A stretch of 64,000 nucleotides of DNA from Macrostomum lignano (lineage: Eukaryota). Below are positions 25,901 to 38,495 of this stretch, one piece after another; within the stretch, counting starts at the first letter, position 1, and every line of letters starts with the position of its first letter. Below the pieces are notes generated by a model. The model was not told the origin of the DNA. It saw only the letters and a list, made by a program, of their open reading frames with translations, and made no database searches. The stretch is from the NCBI GenBank assembly GCA_002269645.1, contig NIVC01002459.1:80286-144285 (forward strand), read 5' to 3'. The position numbers and the translations under genes are program-made.

Positions 25901-27512
25901 TACCATGAGCTCCTTGAGCACGCCGGTCCACTTGCAGCCGCGGCCGTAGAAGCTGCATTTGACGCCTAAATTGTCCGTCTCAACTTGGAACGCTTTGTCC
26001 GCGTACACCTTGTCCTTGTCGATGGGCATCTGGTCCAGGGGACAGCGGGGCGCCACCCTGACAAGGGATAGGTAAGATTGTGAGGCTGTGTGATATAATG
26101 GGTTGATTAAGCCATCCACTGCTTGTTGAGTCAGATACGAGTACTATCTACTCACTACTGAGCCGCTAACTACTCACTACAGAGCCATCTACTCACTACT
26201 GAGCCGCTAACTACTCACTACAGAGCCATCTACTCACTACTGAGCCGCTATCTACTCACTACTGAGCCGCTAACTACTCACTACAGAGCCATCTACTCAC
26301 TACTGAGCCGCTATCTACTCACTACTGAGCCGCTATCTACTCACTACTGAGCCGCTATCTACTCACTACTGAGCCGCTATCTACTCACTACAGAGCCATC
26401 TACTCACTACAGAGCCATCTACTCACTACAGAGCCGCTATCTACTTACTACTGAGCCGCTATCTACTCACTACTGAGCCGCTATCTACTCACTACTGAGC
26501 CGCTATCTACTCACTACTGAGCCGCTATCTACTTACTACTGAGCCGCTATCTACTCACTACTGAGCCGCTATCTACTCACTACTGAGCCGCTATCTACTC
26601 ACTACTGAGCCGCTATCTACTCACTACAGAGCCATCTACTCACTACAGAGCCATCTACTCACTACAGAGCCGCTATCTACTCGCTACTGAGCCGCTATCT
26701 ACTCGCTACTGAGCCGCTATCTACTCACTACAGAGCCGCTATCTACTCGCTACTGAGCCGCTATCTACTCACTACTGAGCCGCTATCTACTCACTACAGA
26801 GCCGCTATCTACTCGCTACTGAGCCGCTATCTACTCACTACAGAGCCGCTATCTACTCACTACTGAGCCGCTATCTACTTACTAAAATGAGCCACTATCA
26901 ACAAACAACCAAATCTACTTCTTTGAGACAGATATTTTTACCGTCAACAAACTGTCTTAAGACAAATAACAAGACAATGCACTCTCGGTCCTTAGCAACC
27001 GGGTAGAATTACCTGAGCAATTCGGGCAGACAGGAGCTGCAGCACCGGTGTCCACATTCGTCAAACTGCACCGGGTAGCGGAGCACCTGGCTGCAGACTG
27101 GGCATTCGTATTTCTTATTCAGCTCCTCTAGGAACACAACTTCGATCTCCTCTGTCATGCCGCCGATGGAGCCGCCGCCTCCGCTGCTGCTAGTTTTCGA
27201 ATGACCACTGCTCGGCCGCACCGGCTGCAGGGTGCTCACTGATGAGGCGCGCTTTGCCAAGGTTGTCGGCTCCGCAACTGTCTCGACTGGGACAGGCTGC
27301 TGCTTCTGCTGCCTGGCAACACTTGAGGCGGCAGCAGAAACCGGCGGGACGCTGGCAATGCTGCCTCGCTTACCGCTGTTAGCATTGGAGCCTTTAGCCG
27401 GGTTGCCGCTAGCGTTAGTTTTGTTGCTAACGCCACTGGCGGCGGACTGCGGCGCCGCCTTCTTAACAGACGGCGTCGCTGGCTTCTGGGTTGCAGCCGC
27501 TGGTTCGGGCAT
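22998..27512 (-). CDS. TNF receptor-associated factor (TRAF family: RING, TRAF zinc fingers, coiled coil, MATH), 5 exons
   Basis: Exons 27512-27013, 26057-25904, 25002-24685, 24338-24005 and 23326-22998 join in phase. RING CPVC...CGHRCC..C; zinc fingers HLDACPKFPVPCPNKC; MATH LVWRIDSY..FSPPFLT..YGYK, PLLIWPF, FGAVKF, YIKDDSMFLKV. Subfamily not fixed (TRAF4-like appearance). Confidence 0.93.
23540..23930. repeat. ~44-bp minisatellite in TRAF intron 4
   Basis: Unit GATAATTATTTGTGCGACTTCTGGGGAGTGGTGTTTGAGGGGCT. Confidence 0.9.
24400..24630. repeat. 32-bp minisatellite in TRAF intron 3, about 7 copies
   Basis: Unit GATGTACCGATGAATGACTGCAGAGATGACTA. Confidence 0.95.
25090..25845. repeat. 22-bp minisatellite in TRAF intron 2
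   Basis: Unit GAGTCACTCTGGAATCGGTCCT. Confidence 0.95.
26148..26885. repeat. 22-bp minisatellite in TRAF intron 1
   Basis: Unit TACTGAGCCGCTATCTACTCAC. Confidence 0.95.
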
Positions 27513-27769
27513 TTCTGGCTCTGGTCAGCTCCGGCTCCGGCCTTCCCGGGTGCGTTGAGAGACAAAATAAATCCACTAGAAAACTGCCCACCACCCCAAC
27601 CTCCTCTTCTCTTTCTGCTTTGCCGTTGCTAGGGGCGAGGCCAAATACACACGGCCAGGGTCTGCGCTCTTCTGTCTATCCCTCTGCCAGGCCAACCCAT
27701 CTGTTGTGTAGCGATTTTTCCTCATTATCTCCAGCTTCCCTCATGCAGCCCTCAGTTGCTTCCAGAAAC

Positions 27770-29192
27770 TTCCACCCCCTCCTACAAACTCAGCAATCAT
27801 ATTATTAATTCCCAACTTCATGGAGATGCAGCAGTTGTCTCTTGTATATCCCACCCCCTCCTACAAACTCAGCAATCATATTATTAATTCCCAACTTCAT
27901 GGAGATGCAGCAGTTGTCTCTTGTATATCCCACCCCCTCCTACAAACTCAGCAATCATATTATTAATTCCCAACTTCATGGAGATGCAGCAGTTGTCTCT
28001 TGTATATCCCACCCCCTCCTACAAACTCAGCAATCATATTATTAATTCCCAACTTCATGGAGATGCAGCAGTTGTCTCTTGTATATCCCACCCCCTCCTA
28101 CAAACTCAGCAACCATATTATTAATTCCCAACTTCATGGAGATGCAGCAGTTGTCTCTTGTATATCCCACCCCTCCTACAAACTCAGCAATCATATTATT
28201 AATTCCCAACTTCATGGAGATGCAGCAGTTGTCTCTTGTATATCCCACCCCCTCCTACAAACTCAGCAATCATATTATTAATTCCCAACTTCATGGAGAT
28301 GCAGCAGTTGTCTCTTGTATATCCCACCCCCTCCTACAAACTCAGCAATCATATTATTAATTCCCAACTTCATGGAGATGCAGCAGTTGTCTCTTGTATA
28401 TCCCACCCCCTCCTACAAACTCAGCAATCATATTATTAATTCCCAACTTCATGGAGATGCAGCAGTTGTCTCTTGTATATCCCACCCCCTCCTACAAACT
28501 CAGCAACCATATTATTAATTCCCAACTTCATGGAGATGCAGCAGTTGTCTCTTGTATATCCCACCCCCTCCTACAAACTCAGCAATCATATTATTAATTC
28601 CCAACTTCATGGAGATGCAGCAGTTGTCTCTTGTATATCCCACCCCCTCCTACAAACTCAGCAATCATATTATTAATTCCCAACTTCATGGAGATGCAGC
28701 AGTTGTCTCTTGTATATCCCACCCCCTCCTACAAACTCAGCAATCATATTATTAATTCCCAACTTCATGGAGATGCAGCAGTTGTCTCTTGTATATCCCA
28801 CCCCCTCCTACAAACTCAGCAATCATATTATTAATTCCCAACTTCATGGAGATGCAGCAGTTGTCTCTTGTATATCCCACCCCTCCTACAAACTCAGCAA
28901 CCATATTATTAATTCCCAACTTCATGGAGATGCAGCAGTTGTCTCTTGTATATCCCACCCCCTCCTACAAACTCAGCAACCATATTATTAATTCCCAACT
29001 TCATGGAGATGCAGCAGTTGTCTCTTGTATATCCCACCCCCTCCTACAAACTCAGCAATCATATTATTAATTCCCAACTTCATGGAGATGCAGCAGTTGT
29101 CTCTTGTATATCCCACCCCCTCCTACAAACTCAGCAATCATATTATTAATTCCCAACTTCATGGAGATGCAGCAGTTGTCTCTTGTATATCC
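27770..29192. repeat. 79-bp tandem repeat, about 18 near-identical copies, upstream of TRAF
   Basis: Identical ORFs recur every 79 bp in the ORF track. Confidence 0.95.
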
Positions 29193-29349
29193 CAATCGCG
29201 TTGCGCTCCAACTAAATGCGTACAATTCAATACCTCTTATTGACAGCAAAGTCAGGAATATTCACTTCCTAATATAGTCTCAGTTGAAGCAAAACATTTC
29301 CTGTTGAAATATTTGATCCTCAATAGGTGCAACTAATCAACGAATCCTC

Positions 29350-29800
29350 TGTACATCTAATCATCTATACAATCATTCATCTGTACATCTAATCATCTAT
29401 ACAATCATTCATCTGTACATCTAATCATCTATACAATCATTCATCTGTACATCTAATCATCTATACAATCATTCATCTGTACATCTAATCATCTATACAA
29501 TCATTCATCTGTACATCTAATCAGCTATGCAATCATTCATCGATAAATCTAGTCATCTATGCAATCATTCATCGATAAATCTAGTCATCTATGCAATCAT
29601 TCATCTGTACATCTAATCATCTATGCAATCATTCATCGATAAATCTAGTCATCTATGCAATCATTCATCGATAAATCTAGTCTTCTATGCTATTATTCAT
29701 CTGTACATCCAATCATCTATGCAATCATTCATCTGTACATCCAATCATCTATGCAATCATTCATCTGTAGATCTAATCATCTCCGCAATCATCCATCCGT
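29350..29800. repeat. 32-bp minisatellite (TACATCTAATCATCTATACAATCATTCATCTG)
   Basis: Directly visible. Confidence 0.9.
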
Positions 29801-30319
29801 TGTCGAATCATTTATCCAATTATACATGGGTAAATCTAATCTTTTTCTCCCAGTTAGGGAAGCAGCAAATAAGGGGATAAAACAGTTTTTTACATCTAGC
29901 GCCAAGGCATGATTGCAATTAGTGCTGGTCACGCTTATGCCCGGGGAAAACTTACTCAAACAGACTCAAACTACGGCATGCTAGAGTGGCTGTGCACCGG
30001 ATTGCCATTCTAGCTACTTCGTATTGTGTGTTGTTTTCCAACCATGCCAGTACTAGAAATCTTATTAAAATATTTTAGTACAATGGAAAAGTCAATCCAT
30101 CTGCAACGCCAAGGACCAGAATGCCAAGGACCTCTGCATACTGGTGGACTGGAAACATGGCTGAATCTACCCAAAACCCTTCTAGTTGCGAGTTCACGTT
30201 TGTGACAAAGTGGATCAACAAACTATTATCTTTGGACTGTACCCTTTCAAAGGCGTTCTAACAAGTTTAAAATTTGAACATTTTCTAACACTTTCTCGAA
30301 AATATGTTTAGGATAGTAA

Positions 30320-31195
30320 TAATCCCAATCCCGATTCCCATAATCCCAATCCCGATTCCCATAATCCCAATCCCGATTCCCACTATCCCAATCCCGATTC
30401 CCATAATCCCAATCCCGATTCCCATAATCCCAATCCCGATTCCCATAATCCCAATCCCGATTCCCATAATCTCAATCCCGATTCCCATAATCTTAATCCC
30501 GATTCCCATAATCCCAATCCCGATTCCCACTATCCCAATCCCGATTCCCACTATCCCAATCCCGATTTCCATAATCCCAATCCCGATTCCCATAATCCCA
30601 ATCCCGATTCCCACTATCCCAATCCCGATTCCCATAATCCCAATCCCGATTCCCATAATCCCAATCCCGATTCCCACTATCCCAATCCCGATTCCCATAA
30701 TCCCAATCCCGATTCCCATAATCCCAATCCCGATTCCCACTATCCCAATCCCGATTCCCATAATCCCAATCCCGATTCCCATAATCCCAATCCCGATTCC
30801 CACTATCCCAATCCCGATTCCCATAATCCCAATCCCGATTCCCACTATCCCAATCCCGATTCCCATAATCCCAATCCCGATTCCCACTATCCCAATCCCG
30901 ATTCCCACTATCCCAATCCCGATTCCCATAATCCCAATCCCGATTCCCATAATCCCAATCCCGATTCCCACTATCCCAATCCCGATTCCCATAATCCCAA
31001 TCCCGATTCTCATAATCCCAATCCCGATTCCCATAATCCCAATCCCGATTCCCACTATCCCAATCCCGATTCCCATAATCCCAATCCCGATTCTCATAAT
31101 CCCAATCCCGATTCCCACCATACCAATCCCGATTCTCATAATCCCAATCCCGATTCTCATAATCCCAATCCTGATTCCCATAATCCCAATCCCAC
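30320..31195 (+). repeat. 21-bp minisatellite (ATAATCCCAATCCCGATTCCC)
   Basis: Directly visible; inverted relative of the 32895-34080 array. Confidence 0.95.
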
Positions 31196-31884
31196 TAATC
31201 GCCTACTCCCTACCCCTGTCCAGGTATCGCAGAGGTCCATGGCTCACAGGAGCAGCCCCCATACCGGATGGGCCACAGCCCCACCAGAGGCAGTAAAAAC
31301 GACCACCCACCCCATCCGCAATTCAATTTCGTTAGTCGCCCCGCAGACTGCACACGCAGTCGCTCAGCCTGGCAACCCGCCGCCCTCACACTAGATGCCC
31401 GCCACCCCAGTCAACTCGTATTCATAATGAATAATTCATAACTCTTTAACAGCGGGCAACTCTAGTGAGGAAGCTGACAGTTTTAACAGAGAAGATGAAG
31501 CAGAGCGGAGCCTCGCTACGCAGAATCTTCCTGTTGTTGCTTCTCAAGCCGCAAGTAATTGTAAGATCTGTTTGCTGAAAATCTCTTTAAATAGAATCGT
31601 TTACCTTCGCCATACAGGCTTTGAAATTGTAGTGCACAACTGAAGTGCATGTAAACAGGCAGAATGTGCTTATAATCGAGTCGCAGCTTTAACTGCCGAA
31701 ATTATGAAGTGTGATTGACTAAAGAGATTTGAGTGGATACTGAATTGCTGTTTGTACAGCCCAAGGTTGCTGTTGGCAGAAAAAGTGGGCTGCTGAACTT
31801 CATGACGGAAATTTGCGCAGAATGGGTTTAAAATAATTTCTGTCACAGCGCTGAAAGAAAAGTTGAAAAGTTGGATCGGCTTTT

Positions 31885-32560
31885 AGGGGAACTGGGGATG
31901 GCTTCCGAGGCGGAACTGGGGATGGCTTCCGAGGCGGAACTAGGGATGGCTTCCGAGAGGGAACTAGGGATGGCTTCCGAGAGGGAACTAGGGATGGCTT
32001 CCGAGGCGGAACTGGGGATGGCTTCCGAGGCGGAACTAGGGATGGCTTCCGAGAGGGAACTGGGGATGGCTTCCGAGGGGGAACTGGGATGGCTTCCGAG
32101 GGGAAACTGGGATGGCTTCCGAGGGGAAACTGGGATGGCTTCCGAGGGGGAACTGGGATAGCTTCCGATGGGAAACTGGGATGGCTTCCGAGGGGGAACT
32201 GGGATGGCTTTCGAGGCGGAACTGGGAATGGCTTCCGAGGGCTTCTGAGGCGGAACTGTGGATGGCCTCCAAAGGGGGAACCAGGGATGGCTTCCGAGGT
32301 GGAACTGGGGATGGCTTCCGATGTGGAACTGGGGATGGCTTCCAAAACGGAACTTGGGATGGCTTCCGAGGGCTTCCAAGAGGGAACTGGGGATGGCTTC
32401 CGAGGGCTTCCGAGAGGGAACTTGGGATGGCTTCCGAGGGCTTCTGAGGCGGAACTGTGGATGGCTTCCAAAGGGGGAACCAGGGATGGCTTCCGAGGTG
32501 GAACTGGGGATAGCTTCCGAGGGGGGACTGGGGAGGTCTTCCGAGAGGGAACCGGGATGG
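31885..32560. repeat. ~23-bp minisatellite (GGGATGGCTTCCGAGGGGGAACT)
   Basis: Directly visible. Confidence 0.9.
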
Positions 32561-32894
32561 GTTCAGAATGGGAACTGGTTTTCAGAAAAACTGGAACAGA
32601 GGTTTTTGGCTTTTACGGAAAATTTTACAGGGTTTAAAACGGGGAACTAAGAAAATTTAAGCAACGCTTTGAAGCGGAAGCAAAAATGTAGATATCGACT
32701 TTTATTATGAGCTGAAACTTGTCAAAAGTAAGAGTCAAAATAAGTTCAATAACGCAATTTATTTGTTTAATTTATAAATTCATCGTATTATCCTATGAAA
32801 ATCACATTGCCTTGAAACAAAAATATTTTTTCTGAGTGCAATCTTAATACAATTAATAGAGGCTAACCAAGTTGAATTTAATTCATACAATAAA

Positions 32895-34080
32895 CTGATT
32901 GGGATAATGGGAATCGGATTGAGATTATGGGAATCGGGATTGAGATAGTGAGAATAAGGATTGGGATCATGGGAATCAGGATTGAGATAGTAGTGAGAAT
33001 AAGGATTGGGATTATGGGAATCGGGATTGAGATAGTGAGAATAAGGATTGGGATCATGGGAATCAGGATTGAGATAGTAGTGAGAATAAGGATTGGGATT
33101 ATGGGAATCGGGATTGAGATAGTGAGAATAAGGATTGGGATCATGGGAATCGGGATTGAGATAGTGAGAATAAGGATTGGGATCATGGGAATCGGGATTG
33201 AGATAGTGAGAATAAGGATTGGGATTATGGGAATCGGGATTGAGATAGTGAGAATAAGGATTGGGATCATGGGAATCGGGATTGAGATAGTGAGAATAAG
33301 GATTGGGATTATGGGAATCGGGATTGAGATAGTGAGAATAAGGATTGGGATCATGGGAATCAGGATTGAGATAGTAGTGAGAATAAGGATTGGGATTATG
33401 GGAATCAGGATTGAGATAGTAGTGAGAATAAGGATTGGGATTATGGGAATCGGGATTGAGATAGTGAGAATAAGGATTGGGATCATGGGAATCGGGATTG
33501 AGATAGTGAGAATAAGGATTGGGATTATGGGAATCGGGATTGAGATAGTGAGAATAAGGATTGGGATCATGGGAATCAGGATTGAGATAGTGAGAATAAG
33601 GATTGGGATTATGGGAATCAGGATTGAGATAGTGAGAATAAGGATTGGGATTATGGGAATCGGGATTGGGATAGTGAGAATAAGGATTGGGATTATGGGA
33701 ATCGGGATTGAGATAGTGAGAATAAGGATTGGGATCATAGGAATCAGGATTGAGATAGTAGTGAGAATAAGGATTGGGATTATGGGAATCAGGATTGAGA
33801 TAGTAGTGAGAATAAGGATTGGGATTATGGGAATCAGGATTGAGATAGTGAGAATAAGGATTGGGATTATGGGAATCGGGATTGGGATAGTGAGAATAAG
33901 GATTGGGATTATGGGAATCGGGATTGAGATAGTGAGAATAAGGATTGGGAATCAGGATTGAGATAGTGAGAATAAGGATTGGGATCATGGGAATCAGGAT
34001 TGAGATTATGGGAATCGGGATTGGGATTATGGGAATCGGAATGATGATTATGAGCAATCCTGATTGGAATTATGGGAATT
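32895..34080 (-). repeat. 42/45-bp higher-order repeat of two diverged 21-bp monomers
   Basis: Unit GGGATTATGGGAATCGGGATT+GAGATAGTGAGAATAAGGATT. Confidence 0.9.
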
Positions 34081-34164
34081 GACAGTGTCGAGAGCATGCC
34101 AGTTATCACACACAACTTGTAGCTCACGCAACAAAGCGTAAAACCGGGATGACGTCACGAAGAA

Positions 34165-35749
34165 TCAGTGAGCATTCAACCGCAAGTCTGGCTCTGAGCA
34201 GCCCCACTTTTTCACCTCGACGGGCTGCAAAGGAATGCCATCAGCTTTCTGTTCGGTGAGCTGTCTGTTGACGCTGGCCATCAGCTCATTCAGCATCACG
34301 GGTCGGTGAGCTTCAATTTGAGCCTCGGCGTACCCACACAGATAGTGGATAAAGAATGAGCCCAGATCACCACTGCGCATGGCTTTGTAAGAAGGCAGGG
34401 TGGCATAGCACTGGTACACCTCAGTGTAGCTTCTGTTCATCTGCAAATGCCCAGCTGGAGTTCCCGGCTGCGACTGCTCCTGCGACGGTCCGTCAGTGTA
34501 GAAGTTCACAAATTCGCCGCGACAGAATTGAAACACGAACAGCTTCGGTTGGCGACTGAACATTGGCTGCGAGCACGTCAGGTTCACTAGATCCGTGATG
34601 CAGTGCAGAGTCTGGTTATCTGCAGTCAGCACATCGTGCGCATCTTTCCCGTGGCCCATCACGAACATGACGAAGCTGGTGTACGCACCAGCGCCAAACT
34701 CGTCGAAGCATTCGTCACGAAAGTCGATGCACTTCTCACGAGTCATTAGCAGGTCGGGCTCGTCAGTAGTATTGGGACTGCGTAAAATCTGATAGCCGAG
34801 CTTCTTGAACACCCGAGATATGTTCTCCACGTCACGTGCGCTGCCTTGGCGCCTGTGGAATTGTGTAGGCGCATCGGCTTGCTCGTAGCGGTCAATGTTG
34901 AGTATGCAGCATAGGCCAACAGGCCTAGCAGCTGGACTTGGCGCCGGATGTACTGGCCTTAATTCAGCTGATGGCGGCTCGGCATCGTCTGTAATTAAAA
35001 ATCGGAAAGTAAATAAAAACTAATTTTAACAAATTTAAATATTTACTTTTATGTACGCGAATGTGCATTGCGAAAAGAGAGGTGATTATTAGATTTTAAG
35101 CATCAAGACTTAAAAATTACGACAGGTTGCTATTTATAGTATCAACATTTCAAAAATGACGACAGGTTGCTATTTATAGTATCAACATTTCAAAAATGAC
35201 GTCAGGTTGCTATTTATAGTATCAACATTTCAAAATGACGTCAGGTTGCTATTTATAGTATCAACATTTCAAAATGACGTCAGGTTGCTATTTATAGTAT
35301 CAACATTTCATAATGACAAAGTGACAAAGCTTCACAATGACGTCATCAGGTACCTATGACGAAATATGTTTACGTGAGTCACTTAGCCAATGTCTACTAA
35401 CAACATGTTTAAGCAAAGACAGCATACCAGTTTGAAGGACGCGACGTACGAATTCGACAACCGTCTGGTGCGGCGACTCCCGGTAGTGGATGGATAACAG
35501 AAGAAGCATGGCTGAGGAGCAGGGGTAGGCTTGCACAAGATCGGTATTCCGTCTGGTCCACCAGGGTTGCATAGCCAGACTGCGCCGAAGCCGCCGGCAG
35601 CAGACGGTTTCGTCGTAGGGGGCCAGCGCCTTGTACAGGTCCAGATGGCGCCGCAGCAGGCGGGGAGGCGCTACCTCTGTTGAGCTGCAAAAATAAAGTG
35701 TCAAAACTCATTCTAAAAAGTTTAACGCCAGGGATACAAACAGACAGGC

Positions 35750-35818
<69 letters not shown>

Positions 35819-35837
35819 GTCAGGCAGACAGTAAGGC

Positions 35838-35898
<61 letters not shown>

Positions 35899-35917
35899 GT
35901 CAGGCAGACAGTAAGGC

Positions 35918-35974
<57 letters not shown>

Positions 35975-35993
35975 GTCAGGCAGACAGTAAGGC

Positions 35994-36050
<57 letters not shown>

Positions 36051-36089
36051 GTCAGGCAGACAGTAAGGCAGACAGACAGACAGACAGGC

Positions 36090-36122
<33 letters not shown>

Positions 36123-36506
36123 GTAAGGCAGACAGACAGACAGACACATCATTCACCACTCAGCGGAGCAATCGGCCTGGCGCAGCAGGGCGGCTGGAAA
36201 CTCGGCGCCCAGCGCCTGCAGCACTTCGGCCAGGAGCCTGACAGCTTTGCTACCGTCCGCGCCACCGTCCAGCTGTTCAACGAGAATCCGGCGCAGTTCG
36301 GGCCAGCCGTTGGCGACCAACCGACGCCAGAAGTCGAACCGGCGAGGCAACTGCGGGCAGCTGCCGGCAAGAAGGAAGGCGGCATCTTCAATGCTGCCAA
36401 GAAGAGCGGAGCTGCAGAACAGCTGGTTGAGGCATGGCGAGTCCAGCAGGCTGCGCGCTTCCGTCTGGGCCACCGGCACCGAGTCCGCAAAGGGTGCCTG
36501 GTTCAT
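34165..36506 (-). CDS. Caspase (initiator-like, long prodomain; QFCRG active site)
   Basis: Exons ~36506-36156, 35684-35428 and 34988-34165 are phase compatible. p20 motifs GLCCILNI, RQGSARD, FVMGHG, PKLFVFQFCRG; p10 motifs YATLPSYKAMR, GSFFIHYLC. The start codon is uncertain. Confidence 0.88.
35120..35312. repeat. ~40-bp tandem repeat, about 5 copies, in a caspase intron
   Basis: Unit GACAGGTTGCTATTTATAGTATCAACATTTCAAAAATGAC. Confidence 0.9.
35742..36145. repeat. (CAGA)n microsatellite with periodic interruptions, in a caspase intron
   Basis: Directly visible. Confidence 0.95.
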
Positions 36507-36584
36507 TCCGCGGCTCCGAGCTGCAGCTGCATCAAGATATGCACTCGGGCTTGTGACTTCGGGAGAGGATCTAGGGAACGCTGT

Positions 36585-37465
36585 GGCCCAGCAACTGAGG
36601 ATCTGGGCTGGCCCAGCAACTGGGGATTTGGGAGGCTGACCCAGTAACTGAGGATCTGGGAGGCTGGCCCAGCAACTGAGGAGCTGGGAGGCTGACCTAG
36701 CAACTGACACTCTGGGAGGCTGGCTAGCAACTGAGGATCTGGGAGGCTGGCTAGCAACTGAGGATCTGGGAGGCTGGCTAGCAACTGACACTCTGGGAGG
36801 CTGACCCAGCAACTGACACTCTGGGAGGCTGGCCCAGCAACTGAGGATCTGGGAGGCTGGCTCAGCAACTGAGGATCTGGGAGGCTGGCTCAGCAACTGA
36901 GGAGCTGGGAGGCTGGCTCAGCAACTGAGGAGCTGGGAGGCTGGCTCAGCAACTGAGGATCTGGGAGGCTGGCCTAGCAACTGAGGAGCTGGGAGGCTGG
37001 CTCAGCAACTGAGGAGCTGGGAAGCTGGCTCAGCAACTGAGGAGCTGGGAGGCTGGCTCAGCAACTGAGGAGCTGGGAGGCTGGCTCAGCAACTGAGGAT
37101 CTGGGAGGCTGGCCTAGCAACTGAGGAGCTGGGAGGCTGACCTAGCAACTGACACTCTGGGAGGCTGGCTAGCAACTGACACTCTGGGAGGCTGGCTCAG
37201 CAACTGAGGATCTGGGAGGCTGGCCCAGTAACTGAGGATCTGGGAGGCTGGCCCAGCAACTGAGGAGCTGGGAGGCTGACCTAGCAACTGACACTCTGGG
37301 AGGCTGGCTAGCAACTGAGGATCTGGGAGGCTGACCCAGCAACTGACACTCTGGGAGGCTGGCCCAGCAACTGAGGAGCTGGGAGGCTGACCCAGCAAGT
37401 GACACTCTGGGAGTCTGGCCCAGCAACTGAGGACCTGGGAGGCTGGCCCAGTAACCGAGGATCTG
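36585..37465. repeat. 28-bp minisatellite (CAGCAACTGAGGATCTGGGAGGCTGGCT)
   Basis: Directly visible. Confidence 0.93.
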
Positions 37466-37849
37466 AGTCGCGTTAAAGAGCAATTGATGAGACAGAAGAT
37501 AATGACAGGCCATCCGTACTAACAATTACAAATGTCTGCTTTTTGTCAGTAAGAACTAAGTCAGGAAGTCATACAAGATTTTCGGCCATTTCTGCTCGTA
37601 AGCGGACTGCATATGCACACGTTAAAATGTGTATTTTGCTCAGAAAATATATAAAGGCTGGCATCCCTGGGTGCCGCTCTTGCAAATAATAGCTCATAAT
37701 CCTCAGTAAAACTGATTACAAGTACTTTACTGTGCGACATCTTGTGTGAGTCCACTGATTGGGACTTGACCCCGGCACCTGCGTATCATGGGCTGTAAAT
37801 GTACCTTTATTAGACTGGGCCGCGTGACACCGAAGGCAGACATGCGCAC

Positions 37850-37877
37850 GGACAGACAGAGAGACAGAGAGACAGAC

Positions 37878-37918
<41 letters not shown>

Positions 37919-37945
37919 CTAAGACAGACAGACACTAAGACAGGC

Positions 37946-38006
<61 letters not shown>

Positions 38007-38089
38007 CCCACTAAGACAGACAGGCAGGCAGGCAGACAGACAGACAGACAGACAGACAGACACCCACTAAGACAGACAGGCAGGCAGGC

Positions 38090-38150
<61 letters not shown>

Positions 38151-38153
38151 CTA

Positions 38154-38194
<41 letters not shown>

Positions 38195-38265
38195 CCCACT
38201 AAGACAGACAGGCAGGCAGGCAGACAGACAGACAGACAGACAGACACTAAGACAGACAGACAGAA

Positions 38266-38302
<37 letters not shown>

Positions 38303-38397
38303 GCCAGACAGACAGGCAGACAGACAGACAGACAGACAGACAGACAGGCAGGCAGACAGACAGACAGACAGACAGACACTAAGACAGACAGACAGAA

Positions 38398-38430
<33 letters not shown>

Positions 38431-38495
38431 GCCAGACAGACAGGCAGACAGACAGACAGACAGGCAGACAGCCAGGCAGACAGACAGACAGGCAG
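37850..38495. repeat. (CAGA)n compound microsatellite
   Basis: Directly visible. Confidence 0.95.

Noticed and set aside
27770-29192. CRISPR-like regular array
   Set aside because: The whole 79-bp unit repeats; there are no unique spacers and no cas genes, and the context is eukaryotic.
30285-34057. Long ORFs (IPIPII, NPDSHNPNPYSHY, GIGI)
   Set aside because: Stop-free only because the 21/42/45-bp units are multiples of three; no splice or codon support.
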